Below the pieces are notes generated by a model. That model was not told where the DNA came from. It made no database searches and saw only the letters and a program-made list of their open reading frames with translations. Below are positions 39,784-52,949 of a stretch of DNA of 64,000 bases, piece after piece. This stretch comes from Eimeria praecox (Eukaryota): assembly GCA_963920595.1 (NCBI GenBank), contig OY986950.1, forward strand, positions 2,294,001 through 2,358,000. The letters are read 5' to 3'. How positions within the stretch are numbered: the stretch's first letter is position 1; every line of letters starts with the position of its first letter. Made by a program: the position numbers and the translations under genes.

Positions 39784-42700
39784 CTACTTGAACACTTTGC
39801 CATCATCAAACGAGTTGTGACTGACACTATACCAGAAATGAGATCTCCTGAGACATCGCAAGCGTCCTAAGAGCACCCTCTCTATTGTCCTGTACCTATT
39901 AATAGCGTCTTTACGTACTCCGCATGCAAAATTTCCCTGATGTAGGTTTAGGGCCTACTGCCGCAATAATTGTTTATGGAACTGAGGGTGTTGGGAAATG
40001 TTCAAGGATACCACTTGCTCTCACCTGATTTCAAAGATTGTCGCAACCCATGCTTTGATATGTTCAGTGTAGCTTATTTCTTGCACAACTGGGTCGACCT
40101 TTGCTTCTGCAACAAACCCTGTAACCTCAGCTGGGGTCAACCGGCAGCTCATAACTATGTCGGCATATCGACGTTCCGCCGCCAAAGCAGCACCCCCACT
40201 TAAGGAGCTCACAGAATTCAAAGGCGGTGGGCTGCTGGCCTCTGCCGAGCTAGAGGTTGTCCCACTTCGAGCAGACCAATAGTGCATGACTCCTACAAAA
40301 ACCTGAGCTGGCACTGAACCTGCAGTACATTCTCACACGCATACACTGGCAGCAGCAATCCCTGAGGAGAGGCAGGTTGCTTTGCCTGGCCCGAAAGCAG
40401 CTTACCCTTCCGTCTGTCATCAAGCACAGTAAATAGATGCACAAGCGTCTTTTCTACGCTCTCACGGTCTGGGGACTCTCCCTGAAAGACAAATAGCAGT
40501 CAGCACAGCAGCACTTGTAGACACTTTTTAGACGCAGCCATATGCACATTCAGTGCAGGAAAGTTGGATCACCAAGTTCCCTACTTCACCTGGTCTCCGT
40601 CGTCAGCCATAAACTGTGGCTGAGCGTGCGCAACGGGTCTCAGCTTGCTGCGACGGCGCGCTGCAAGGCTAGCTCGTTGCTTCTGCTTAGAGTCTCTAGC
40701 TGAAAGCCCTCTCAGTTCCTCAAATTCTGCTTGCGCCTCGGCATCAGCAACCATCTTGCTAATGCGATCAGCTGCACAAAAGGGAGCACTGCCGAAACGA
40801 ATTTATTTCTTTCGCCATTTCTGAGAAGCCACTTGAGTATCTGGTTGCCAGTACAGGAAGCTTTGTCGTGCAGGTGACTGCTTCTGATATCTAAATGCGT
40901 TTATGATTATATTTGCAGGTAAAGCGAGTGGGAGCATGCCTGCTTCCATCAAGCAATCACTGTCAAACAGAGGTGGGAGGACGCGTTGTACAACCTGGAG
41001 GCATGCAGAAAGCTTTCACACGGAAAGCGTTAAGCATAACATGGACCCATAGGGAGTTGCCACCAGCAAAGCGTCACTCTAGTCGTTTTTTCCCTAGGCA
41101 CGAAATCCGTCGATGCAAGTTTGTGACTTTAGCCAAGTTTTGCTCTTTCACACGAGTAGAACGCAGGGGACAAATGTACGCAAGTAGTTCTGACCGTAAC
41201 GAACTCTTCCCAGTCCACTTGGCCTTGACGGTTCATAGGAGACAAACAGAGAAGCACCTGCAACAGCTCATCGCAGTTGAGAGCCCCCAAGGAACTGCTT
41301 TTTGAGCTCACGGGACTTCAATGTAATCTCGGCAGAAATCAGAGTGTCGTTGCTGCGTGAAGCATGGGGGGGTGCAAATGACGGACATGAATGTGCATTT
41401 TGGACAAACACAATCCGCTGTTGTCGAGCACCTCTCTCAGTGTCCAAATAGGCACAGGCCCATCAGCTGTAATCCCCATCTGCAGCAGAATTGTATGACA
41501 GGAACCTCATCCCCTTCCTTTAAAGGGAAAAAGGCAACCGAAGAGCACAGCCCATCTCTGCTTAATACTTCAGCCTATCCTTAGCTGTCAGTTGGAAGCG
41601 CCGATTTGCTCGCAGCACTGCTTGTGGAGGGCGGGTGCATAATTCTGAAGACGTCAGAAATGCCACATACTTGTACAGGATGCACGCGCATCGCGTAAAA
41701 CTCTCGCGAATCTTGGTATTTCTGTTCTGCGTGGAGCTGCGAGCATCTTCAACGAATGCTATATAAATGCAACAAGGAGCACTGACATATGCGCAGAACG
41801 GGGCCTGCTTTAAGGGTGGCATGCGCGACACATAGAAGGCTTGAACGTGCAGCTCGATAGCATCTCACACTTCTGTTGCCGTCCTGTTGAGCTCGGCTTC
41901 GATCGCAGCACTGTCGACCTCCAGAACAGCGTTGTTGATGCTCTCTCTCCTACGGCACAGAACATTTGTATTAGTTGGAATGTTCCTAACCAGTGCCAGC
42001 ATCTCTTGTACTTTGGTTGGAACTTTTGCGCCTTCTGTTAGAATCACCTGAGGATGTGGAGTAAAGTTGGCAGAGCTTCGTATTCAACTTCCCCCAAGTC
42101 ATTTCCTGGAATTGTTTGCATGACGAAGGCCATGTCTTGTCTAGAGTATCTTGATAGGTTGTTTTAAACAGGAAAACAGAAGCACGTTGCCTATGGTTAT
42201 TAATATTAAAAGAGTCTTTTGGAATGCAAATTCTGCGAGCTGGATGAAGTTACTAGCCATTTCGCTTGACGGCACAGAGGAATTTCGTACTTGTCAGTGC
42301 GCTGCATAGCCGCATACAGCTCTTGCCGTTTCACCAGCCCTAATAAATGAATAGTCGACAAGAACATGGCCCACAAAGTAGGATAGTAGCTTGCTGGGGA
42401 GAAAACGAGGGGGAGCGGGCTTAGTCACTAATAAGCAAGCTCATGCAAACACCTGTTGAGGTCACGTGGCTCCCCATCCCTTCAAGCAGCTCTCGAGTCA
42501 TCCTGCGGGAGAATCGAATATTTAAAGGGCACGCGGAAGAATGCTTGTTCAAATTGTTCACGAATAATTTGAACAAGCATTCTTCCGCTTGCGGGGAAAT
42601 CGAATATTTAAAGGGCAAGCGGAAGAATGCTTGTTCAAATTGTTAACGAATATTTTTGTTAGTTTGTGCGCTGGGCAAATCAAATACCTAAATGTCTCAT

Positions 42701-43838
42701 CCAGCTCCTCGCGAAAGAGAAGCACCATTGCTTCTGCTGTTGCTCGTCTGTTGACGTTGCTGCAGAGCAGAGACTTCACAGTACTCAAAATAATAAGCAG
42801 TAAGATCCACTGAGAAGGATTTCCTTCCTCAGTCTGCACGGCGGAGCCATCTGAGAAGGACTGCGCCTGACCGTTGTCGAGCTTTTTCCCTTCTGTCCCT
42901 CAGCATATCGAGCAGCTTGGGAATTTTCTAAGGGGCGCATGAGGACATAGAAGGGGAAGGAATAGATTCTATGCGTATCAAGAAAGAAGACATACTTGGA
43001 CTTGATGAGCAAGTACCTTAAGCCTCTACTATTTCGAGCCGGAAAAGCAATCACTTTAATCCATGTACAGGCCATGCATTGCCCGGGTGGAGGGTAGATA
43101 AAACTAACCTCCAGAAAAGGCCCATATTCAATCCACCCTTCAGGATGTTCTTGAGCGCCGGAGAGAAGTTGAACAAACTCCCACCTTGTGAGGCCCAGGG
43201 GACAAGCAAAAAGCAATGCTGCAACCTCACGATGCTGCAGGCGGCCTGATACAGTGGCAAATAATTTCAAAGAAAAGCCCCACAAGTGCAGTTGCGTCGT
43301 TATTGCCCTCGGCGAATAAAACTGGGCTCTTTAACGGATGTATGAATACCGCATGCTTGCCTGCATTTTCTTCATCTGCAGCACTGAAAACCTTTTCTAA
43401 GAGCCGCTTGAGCATGTCATCTGTCAGTTGCTGTTCGAAGCTCATTCGAGGGGTCAGCACGTTCGGAGGATCTTCAGCCGTTCCAAGTTGCACGATGCCC
43501 TTTTTGGAGCACTCCCACTTAGCTACTTTTCTACGTTCTAGTATAGCGCGCTGATGCTCCTTTTCCTGCTGCATCAAGGCGCTTTTTTGCTCAAGCAGTA
43601 GCATGTTCACTTGCTGCAGGTGCGCGTCCATGCGAGTCTGCTCGAAGCTGCACAAACTCGTCAGCTTCTAAGTCTGATGAAGACCTTACCGCTGGGATAA
43701 CAACAAAGGCATCCTTTTTAGTGGGTAAATGACGGATTTCCTTACGGTGTCTGGAGCATCACTCTGCGCTTGACCTCCCGTTTGTTTTTCAAAATCCTGT
43801 ACACATACACCTGATTCCTCCGTATGCGCCGATGCCAT
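39784..43838 (-). CDS. Multi-exon, multi-EF-hand protein resembling the EF-hand region of radial spoke protein RSP7; 5' end uncertain
   Basis: Spliced peptides form repeated EF-hand pairs: 'LEKVFSAADEENAG|RLQHREV', 'LGLTRWEFVQLLSGAQEHPEGWIEYGPFLE', 'YSRQDMAFVMQTIPGNDLGEVEYEALP', 'LCLSKMHIH|VLLCLSPMNRQGQVDWEEFV', 'VEKTLVHLFTVLDDRRKG', 'LTPAEVTGFVAEAKVDPVVQEISYTEHI'. Putative last exon 'RSHFWYSVSHNSFDDGKVFK*' ends at 39784. No RIIa domain seen. Confidence 0.8.
42504..42652. repeat. Intronic direct-inverted-direct repeat: two 63-bp direct copies flanking an inverted 23-27-bp segment
   Basis: Copy A 42504-42566 and copy B 42590-42652 (4 mismatches). Segment 42566-42592 is the exact reverse complement of 42615-42641, and 42566-42588 is the exact reverse complement of 42533-42555. 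Confidence 0.95.
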
Positions 43839-44599
43839 AGCTCGGTGACTAAGAAGGGCATTGCCATTTTTGTGATAGGTTGCAGGACGAAAACTTCTGT
43901 TTGATGAGACTGCCCCTTCATCTGGAACGTTATGTGCATCTATGGCACCTGTCAAGCCAGAATTCGAACTTTGAAGGTAGTAGCGTCCTGGAAAGCGTGT
44001 GAATTAGCTGTTCCCCTTCAAAACGGAAGGAAACACACTCGCCTGCCTCATCTCTGTGCACTTGCACACAATGGTAGAAAAACGATTGTCGTCGGTATTG
44101 ATCGTCGTGGATAAAACATCATAAGCCTTTTTACCGATAGTGACGCAATTAATTCTACAGCGCGCTGTCCCCGATATGTTGTTGTGCGCTGGCTGCCTTT
44201 GGTGGAGAGCAATGCATTGAATAATCTTACGGCTGATGCTGGCTTCCACATTTCTGCAAATCTTCGATCAACTTAGGCGAGAGCGCAAAATGAACGGTGG
44301 CTTCCACGTCCGCCACAGGCTTTTCAGGGGTGAGTTTGCAAAATGTCACGTCAAACCTGATGCACAGATCTGCATGTGATACTGCAAAATATTCAAATTA
44401 TGAGGGTGCCTGAGATGACTGCCAGCGTGTAATTATTATTTGCTCTATGATCCGCGTGGAAAGTGTTGTCCTCGCCCCTGCCACAGTACATGCCTACAGC
44501 TGCGAAATTCAGGTGAACGGGACAGATGCAGACTGAAGGAGTGAGGTCCAATGTTTATCGGCTGTATAACGAGGGCATTAACTGTGGATGCTCTTGAAG

Positions 44600-46400
44600 C
44601 ATCTTCTACAAGAATAAATAATTTTTAACCCTTACAGGTGGTTCCCCGTCCGAAAATCAGTGCCGCGATATTCAGTTCGGTGAAGATAGCTGAGAGAGCA
44701 ACGACTGGGGACGGAACTCACGGGCTAGAGTTCTGAAAGACTTTAAAATGACCATGTAGAAGCGATATCGTTGACGTTTGCAGGCTGTCCGCAGCTCGTT
44801 ACAAAGCCATCCGGGGTTGTAGGAGCCAGCGGGCCGCTCGTCCACAAGGCACGAAATTACGGCTATGTGGACTGCGTTCTCCACAAGGCTAGCCCTTCTT
44901 CCGGCATTTGCAAGAATTAGCGTTTTGCCATTCCACAACGCACGAGATCACGGCAATGCATATAGCACATTTCACGAGGCTTGCTAGTCTTCCAGCATTT
45001 GCAAAGAGGAAGCCATAGCTGTCAGAAAAGAAATCGCTTATCTGCTTTGTGTCTGCTGAATAGCCTTATCACACTACAGCCGATGCATGGCATGCTAGGA
45101 AGTTCTCGATTGCCCTTACTCACTTGGCACTCCACGGGGCTACCAGAGAGTGGATGTAGTAAGTACCGCAGTCAGCGGCATCCCCTACTAGACTTTTGCT
45201 TCTCATGATTCAATGGGGTGTTGGTACGTCAGCTGCATGCCTTTCTCGCCTTTATAGATCACAGGCCGCGTGAAGCTTGAAGATTCCCTACCAGCGCCAA
45301 TACATTGTTGCTCAGGTACTCCACTGGCCGAATGCCTGCTGAACCTCAAGCCCAACAGTGTGAGCACGACAAAAGGACGCCAAATGGGCCCTGCTGGATA
45401 CCTGCGTTGATAAAGAATAGTAATTCAGCTGGCCACATGCAGTTCCACTTCACGCGGCTCATTGGAGGGATACCGCTTGGCTGCCAATCAAGCAGGTGAG
45501 GGCTGCTGTGCTACTTGAAATTGCAAATCACCTGTAGAAGTTATTTGGCTAGCAGTTTCAGTCTATGTTCATGAGCCTTAGGCATTTTGAGACTTCTTCG
45601 AAGGCAGAAAGAAAGGTGGATATTTCAGTATTGGCGTGCCATGGAGGGAGCGCTCAAGGTGTGAATCAACCTTGAGTTGTACTGCATAAAGGGAAAAGAA
45701 TTCTAGTAGTTTTAGTGATAAGTCCAATCGCTGTGAAATCTAATCTAGAACGCTGTTCAAACAGTAGCTATTATGTCTACACGTTGGATGGTTAACAGTA
45801 TGTTTGGCTATTCTTGCCACATTCCCTCCAGTACTCCCGTAATATATTGACTTATATTCCCTATGTCCGTATTTAGAGACTTCTTTGAGGAAACAGTTGT
45901 CGCTTCGATGCTTTCAAAACTGTGATACAAGCCTTCACATTACTAAATTGTTGCAGCTTAGAGATGTGAGTACAATGAAGGTGGTCCGTGAACCCAGGTC
46001 TCCTAGCATATGTTTCCGCTAGGACGGAATATGCAAGATCCCAATTCCCACAGTGCTCGAGCCATGTTAACCAAGCTTCAATACTAACCTTGACGTGTAC
46101 GGTGGCTGCTACGAAACATAGAAGGCGCTAGAGGGCCTCTTCACGCCGGCTCCGAACAACTATGCTGCGGCGAAGCTGCTGAAATTGCTTTTGGACGTCC
46201 CAAGGTGGGCTTGGATCTTTCAAAGACCCCAATAAAAGTGTAGACGTTCAACGAAAACGGTTTAGCATACGCCGATACAAGAAGAGTACTATGTTGAGGA
46301 GTCCCATCCTGGTTCTGCCTTGCATGCATGCAAGACCAGCCAAAATGATGCACTTCTTCGTGTTTGAATCTACAAGAGGCTTACAACTCGCGAAACCTGC
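44600..46400 (-). mobile_element. Decayed Ty3/gypsy RT-RNase H relic
   Basis: 'AFGQWST*ATM' (~45320; cf. PFGL.NAPATF) and RNase H-like 'VENAVHIAVISCLVDERPAG...VILKSFRTL..FRPQSL' (44690-44885). Upstream boundary is a guess. Confidence 0.45.
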
Positions 46401-47499
46401 AAACCATAGTGGAAATAACAGTAATACATAAATCGCTTACATGAGATATTTACGTGCGTCGTGCGGAAGTGGCACTGGCTCTGGAACATTCATGTTGACG
46501 TCTCAAGCTGGTAGGGGATCTGCAGCGCGACCTTCAACATCAACCTGCTTCCTCTTATTAAAGCCCCAACTTCTTGCTGACCTTTAATTCTTAGTTTTTA
46601 TGAATGCATTCAAACCTTCAGGCTCCGGCGTGAGAGCGCATAACGGGTCAGAAGCTACCACGAATGCCCGGTAGTAGCCTAGTGGCAGCGTGGTCTGTGC
46701 ATGCTGGTACTCATATATCCACTTGCTAGCATGCTGACTATGAAAGGCAAAGTAAAAGTCTGAACTAACTAGACTACAGTGCACAGTGCTAGGGCACACA
46801 ACGAGAGGATTGGTTGCTCGCACGTGTGGGGCTGCCTGGCAGCACTTGCTGCAGCCAGGGTCGTTGCACCCCATGGCAAACCTGCTCATGTCCCCATCAA
46901 CTCCAGGCCTTTGGGAAGATGCCCCCACGAGATAGGAGGGGAAGCGAGCTGCACTGTGCGAACCCTTTGGTTTAGTTGTTTTCAGTATTGAGGCTAACGA
47001 CTGTCCTAGGCTACAACCTAGGATTCTCGCAGGGTTTTCGTTACCCTTTCATCCACACCCAGCAAGCGTATTGGATGGTCTGATAATGAAGACTTCACCT
47101 TGTCTTTTATTAACGCCCCACCGTGGTACAGTTTCTTTCAGGCTTCCAGGCCGAGACGGTGGTGAACGGGACGCCTGAGAGCTGCTAGGTGGGCCCAAAT
47201 GAATGGCTAGTAGCGTAGGCCTTTCTCTTGTATAATGATGCGGTGGCTTCCTAATCAGCTTCTTCAGACCCTGAATAGATCTAGGTCACGTGGAAGGCAG
47301 TCGGCGGAAGAAGTATCAATATACTGGTCTTCAAGACTCTCATGCAGAGGCGAAGTTGTTATGGCATTCGAGTACCATTAAACCCTACATGTGGCTGGCC
47401 GCACTCTAAACTCGCCCCTGCTGGGAGTAGTGCTCTTGCAACCTGCTTGGTTGGCGCTGGACAGTTCGTGGTTTGGGCGGAGTGACACCTCGATGGCTG

Positions 47500-48900
47500 G
47501 AAGCCAGCCATGAGCGGCTACATAACCTTGCAACTTCCGAAGCTTCGTGCACGTTCCCCCATTATCTCCAATCATCGCATGATTAATGCTTACCCCGATG
47601 AGGTTGTTGAGGGACTACCGGTTATGGCGCGTACATACGCGTACGAAGTCAAGCGCGTGACACCGGAGCTGGATTACGCACAGCCTGTTGCCCCAGAAAC
47701 AAGAGCAGCTTTCAATTAACTACGTTAATCTTCACGTGCTGGGCGCATACATACTGAGTGGTTGAACTAACTAGTCCATTTTGAGCACTAGAACTTTAAC
47801 AGATGAAACGCCCACCCTGCACCTTGCTTTCTGAGGATAGCGGAGATGCCAGAGTATCCCTGAGGCTGATACAACACAAAAGTAGCCAGCACCATGCCTA
47901 AGGTAAAAAAGAATACGAAGTTCGCCAGTTTACCATCCATATGGTGTCTAAAGACCGATTTGTATGCGGCTGTCCCAGATTGGGGTCCCCGGTCTCCGCG
48001 TCGGCTGTACTGCTTTTTCGTTTTACACATGGATCTTTGAACGACTTAGTCACTCTTCAGCTGTATTAATATCGGAAACACAAGCTTAGGAAGAGCAAAC
48101 AGAGGGAGCGAGGCAAGTAAGCGGATTCAGACGCCCAGCTGGAGATGGCCTGCATTGAAGGACTCCATAAATGGCCCAGCAAAGGCAAATTTGAGGCGTG
48201 GCTGAGCGGCCCACTTGCGTATGCTCGACGGTAGCGCAAGAGCTCTGGCCAGTTTCTAGAGGAAGGCATGGGCTTATAAGCCAGCGGGCATGATGGATTG
48301 GAAAAGACTGTGACGCCCAGGAAAGCTACGTGCCTGTACTATAGTCGTTTGGGCTACGGACGCGTTGCGCCTACTTACTAGGGAACAGGGGACTTACGGT
48401 CTTCTTCGTGGAGTGTAAATAGTACGGTCGTGCCTACGTTTGCTTAGGTTTTACCAGGTTTTGTCGAGAAATCCTGACAAAGCATTCAACCGGGACTCTC
48501 GGCTAGTGCTAAGATTCCCACGCCCTACCCGTATGTTAAGAAGCGTATAGAAAATATATTTAAATGCTATTGAAAACTTGGAGATCGAGTTCTCGTCAGG
48601 AAACTAACGGTAATTCTTCGTGCGTTGTACTATCCGCCCCAAACGCGCCGCAGGAGTTCACGCAATATGTTCCAACCGCCTTAAACAAATCAGGCTGCCA
48701 GCGAAGACTGTCATCCTACTGCAAGTTAAGCATTAAGCTGCACAGCAAAACAGGGAGCTCATCGCCTCAAGGCCCATATAATCCAGAAAACAATTACCTC
48801 CGGGCCTAGCGGAGCCGGTGACCATGATGTGCCAGTCTTCAACCTGCTTGTCTGAATGTAGACTGCATTGCTAGAACGCTCCAGCAGTGCCATTTTTAAT
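47500..48900 (+). mobile_element. Decayed Ty3/gypsy RT-RNase H relic
   Basis: 'AYPDEVVEGLP..AQPVA' (47590-47690), 'MPKVK...KTDLYAA' (47895-47970), 'TAFSFYTWIFE' (~48010), 'QETNGNSSCVVLS..TALNKS' (~48600). Confidence 0.45.
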
Positions 48901-49899
48901 GTTCAGCGCAGCAAAATCGAGGAAACCTCGACTACTTCAGGGCACTCTCACTCCCCCTCACTATAAATCTTGGGGCAGTGGGGCTGTTAAGGCATGCTAC
49001 AGCAAAACACCTCGTATTACAGTTCTGAAAAGCAACAAGCGCTATTCAATTATCTTCTGGCTTCCTGAATGCAATGGAATAGGGTTCTCGAGGTGCTAGA
49101 GAAAATCTGAGGCCTGCCCAGATGCACATCAACAGGAAGTGGTGCAAGTCCACAATCACACCACCGCATCCAGCCGTATCAAAGAATCCTTTCGATGCAA
49201 ACACTAGCATTACAGCCTATTGCTGAGTGATTGCATGGCTTCCAATGGACAGCGCATACGCAAATATGGCTGTACACACTCACGTTTGAAGGACTCTTCC
49301 CAGAGGAGATAGTAGGTGGTTCAACAATTAGGAAACGGGAAATGCAGGCAAACGTTTAAATGACACAGGGACTGTTGCAGCTGTTTACTGCTACTGCTGT
49401 TGCATATAGGGCGTGGCAGGCCCTTGGTGAGAACCATTGGTGAGATGAAGTTCCCTCAGCAAAGGCGTATGACAACAACCTCGCTTTTTCTGCGGGGACC
49501 TTCCTTTAAAAAAATGTACAATGTGAGGCCGCGCCTAGGTGCAGACGTAAAGCGCAGATGACGCGGAGAGACGAACGGTTGCACAATGGGAGCCCAGTCC
49601 CAAAATAAGAGCTGGTTCCAGCGCCCAGTTGGCAGCAGTATTGGAAAGGGTGAACAGGACAGCAGAAAAATAATGAGAGCAAACGTTCATGCTAGCATGT
49701 AGGGATGGTAGGTTTTTTCCCCGCAAAGGGCAAGAGATTCAACATAAATATCCCCGTCATATAAACTTAGTAGACAAAACTGCAAAAGCAATTGTCTTCA
49801 AGGGTTATTGCAGTGCACAGGCACTACAATGGATCTCTGGTGTGGCCTCTAGAGGCCTAATATCATGAAGAGGAATGAACACTATAGAAGATTTCAGGG

Positions 49900-51500
49900 A
49901 TTAGGACATTTTTAGATAGAAAGGCAGGTTAATAGGATCAGAGTGCTCGCCATTCGCCACCAGCTTGGGGCTGGGTGTGAGGCTGTTGCTGCGACTCTGG
50001 TCCTGGCCCTCAGCGAGGGTCGAGGGACCAGTTCTATTATTCTCGGTTTTCCTCGGAGAGCAATAATAGGAACTCGATCATATATTTGGTTGTTAACGGT
50101 GTTCATTAGAGGTTTCAGCGAGAATCACAGATTTAGGAGCGAGTTATTAGCGTGTGCACCAATTCTGTCTAACTTAGGGATCTATCGCAGTAACAGTTTA
50201 GGCTAGGTGTTCACGACAGTTATGGGCCAAGTAGAATGAAGCTGCACGTTCAGTTTCCAGCCTTGAGTTAGCTTCGGCTATAAGAACACAGTATTTTGGG
50301 AGGAATGGCTCCGTGCAAGCGATTCTCATATTCACACTCGGCTTCCTGGTCACAAATCCACTCCGGTTGATGCTTTCCTGACTGCCTAATGTGACAATAT
50401 CTTCGCGCGAAGCATTTGCATATCACTACATGTGTAGTGTAGATCTAGTTTTCTTTTGGTGCTTTTCACAAAGCAATAAACATTTTTAGCAGCGCTTGGG
50501 GTATCACCAAAATTTTCTCAGCCCCTCCCAGATTGCAGCAAACTTCTTGGACTGGTCATCTTCCCGTACGCCTGGCAGAGAGCGCAGGTCCATTAAGACT
50601 CAGTCGCGCGAGTTCAAAGTGAATGCGGAAGGCCTTAGTGGGTAGTGGCATCCCTACTGCTCTACGCATTTCTTTTAACACGCGTGAGGGGCTGTAGCCT
50701 GTGTCCGGATACCTTCCGGTGCAGAAGGACGATACTAGGTGCCAACGGACAGCTGTAACATCAGGTAGTGCTTTCCTACTGTACACCAGCAAGGTCAAAA
50801 ATTGTCGGAAGTGCGCTGCCGTGTGATGAACCCATTCTGCACAGTTTGACTGGATATAGAAGCACAAGGACATCATCGCATAAGCGTGTGCTTTGCGTAC
50901 TTCGTTAAAGCGTCAGCCTTTCAGTGGCTGTCAGCGCGTGCGCCCTAGTGCCAGCTGAGGTTTGCCTACTTTAGCTGACGGCGACCATGGGATTAAACGG
51001 GAATTTTTGGCAGGAATAGCATTAAAACATAAATGCTTTACCAAAAGCTGTGAAGCCCCTCGCTGTCTCCCCCCACATATATCCATGAATTGAAAGGCAT
51101 ATTGGTGATTTGCGCTGGAGAGTGTTCCGCTGTCCCATACTCCAACTGCCGACAGTCTAAACAAGTAAGGGCCTAAATATCAACGCCTTGCTAGTAAGGC
51201 ATCCTAAGAAGGTGCCAAGAACCATGAAAGAACGAACGGCGTGCTGGTCCAGTTTGAGAAAAAGCTACACTCACAGAAAGCCATCGAATCGGCCTAGCTT
51301 CCTTCCTTCCCGGAGCAGGTGCGTCTTACCATAGTGCTTAACGCAGTTCAGTAATCGATGTTCACCATCTGGCACAGCTTACACGAAGCACTGTTGGCTC
51401 TTATGAATCTAGGCATGGCTGTTTTCAGCCAACCGTGTAGCTTCACAGTGAAGAGTGTCCAAGTAGAGCTTGCAGGTACTCGGGATTATATGATGCCGAT
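49900..51500 (+). mobile_element. Decayed Ty3/gypsy RNase H-integrase relic
   Basis: 'SIILGFPRR..FRSELLACAPILSN' (50030-50175), 'LPGHKSTPVDAF' (~50345; cf. PGK.N..ADAL), 'GLPTLADGDHGI' (~50960), 'WRVFRC' (~51120). Confidence 0.45.
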
Positions 51501-51619
51501 CGTTTGCATGACATGACGTTCTACGCCATGCAACAAAACAGGAGACAACGAGTTTTGCAGGCACTCGGTATTTAGATCAATTTAGACCAATGAGCTCAAA
51601 GTCTAATGATGCCCTGTGG

Positions 51620-52930
51620 CCTTTCATGATGAGGGAAGAGAGAAACAGCAGAGTTTAAACGGCCATGCCAAGGAGTTGTGGGAGAAAACCACTCTAGGTG
51701 TAAGAGTTACGACATGCTGCTGCTGCTTACAGTAGCGATGGCGCTGAACCCCGTTGAGGTCTCCATGGAAGCAAACGGCTAAGGCAGAGCCCACGATGCG
51801 TGTAAGAAAAAGGGAAAGCTTACTCGGCTGGCAGTAAACCAGCGAATGCCCCCTCAATCGGGCGAGCAGCGGGGCTGACGAACTGACCGAAGCAACTGAC
51901 GCTTCTACCACAGATAAAGCAACAACTAAACCGCCTGGGTGCCGCAAGCAGCTTGTTACAGAGTGTTCTAATGCCCAGATGTCCCTCTGCAGTGTAGCCA
52001 TGGCGGCTGTACTGGCTTGTAAAGTGCAACGACAGTGATGCGAAGGCCTCCTCGACAGGGGCCTGGTGCGCAGTTTCATTTGAAGGCTGGATGCTGAGCG
52101 GTTGCTCTGGCGGGCACGCCGTTTACACAAGCCTCGTCCATTTACTGTGGCCAGTAGAGACCAGCTGCATATCGTTGGCTTAATGACGTGATTCGCCATG
52201 CGGAGTGAACGCGAATGTATACTGGTGAGATCTGCACAGCAAAAGGACAAATATGTCGAATGCCAAAGCGAAGCAGCCCCAAGTGGCGCATATGCGGACC
52301 CCTGTAGAGCAGACCTGAGACCTGCTGGCCTAGCAAGCATCCAGCGGTTCGGGTGGCCAAGCTCCTTCGGCCTTCCGCGAAAGGGTACTAGGCCACTTTC
52401 GGCAGGATAGGAGCGGACCTACACAATTCTCATAAGCAAGAAATCACTAAGGTTCCTGGCAAGGGCTCGATGGGCCCGGCCTACTCCCCTATCAGTGCCC
52501 CAACGACTATGGCTGGCAAAAACGCTGATATATGGTTCAGAAGAGCGTAACATGCGTGTAGTAGTAAGCTATCAAGCACTAAACAGCGTTTGCCCCTGGC
52601 TTCCTTCGACCACCTATTCAAACTGTTCAACAGATACTGGGGGGAGCTAAATACGCATCTGCACTTGATCGCGGACCCGGGCTTCACCTGCTCCTCATGC
52701 CTTAGGGGGATCGGCCGAAACCGATTCTTGAACTTTTATTAGGGCAGGAAGCCATCTCCCACCTTGAGGGTGAGCTGAACTACAGTCCCGAACCCGCTGC
52801 GCCTGCACTGAGCACCTTCTTGAAGAGACAGTTCTTTCCTTATGGAAGGGCTTGCCAACATCGGTTACACCATCAGCACGGGTGGCCTCTAGCACACCGC
52901 CGACAGTATACATGATGCCTGGGAGTGGCA
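51620..52930 (-). mobile_element. Decayed Ty3/gypsy RNase H-integrase relic
   Basis: 'DVGKPFHKERTVSS' (~52850; cf. PD.SKPF.VETDAS), 'LLNSLNRWSKEARGKRCLVLDSL' (~52600), zinc finger-like 'AEGHLGIRTLCNKL' (~51980). Confidence 0.45.
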
Positions 52931-52949
52931 AGAGTTATTGACTAGTGAT

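Noticed and set aside
39943..39953. Telomere-like aggtttagggc
   Set aside because: Only about one unit of the TTTAGGG heptamer, expected by chance; no array.
42504..42652. CRISPR-like or prokaryotic terminator/REP repeat
   Set aside because: Eukaryotic intron context, only two units, and no unique spacers or cas genes.
51624..52340. 238-aa minus-strand ORF as a host gene
   Set aside because: No recognisable domain or exon structure; overlapping frames carry integrase and RNase H remnants.
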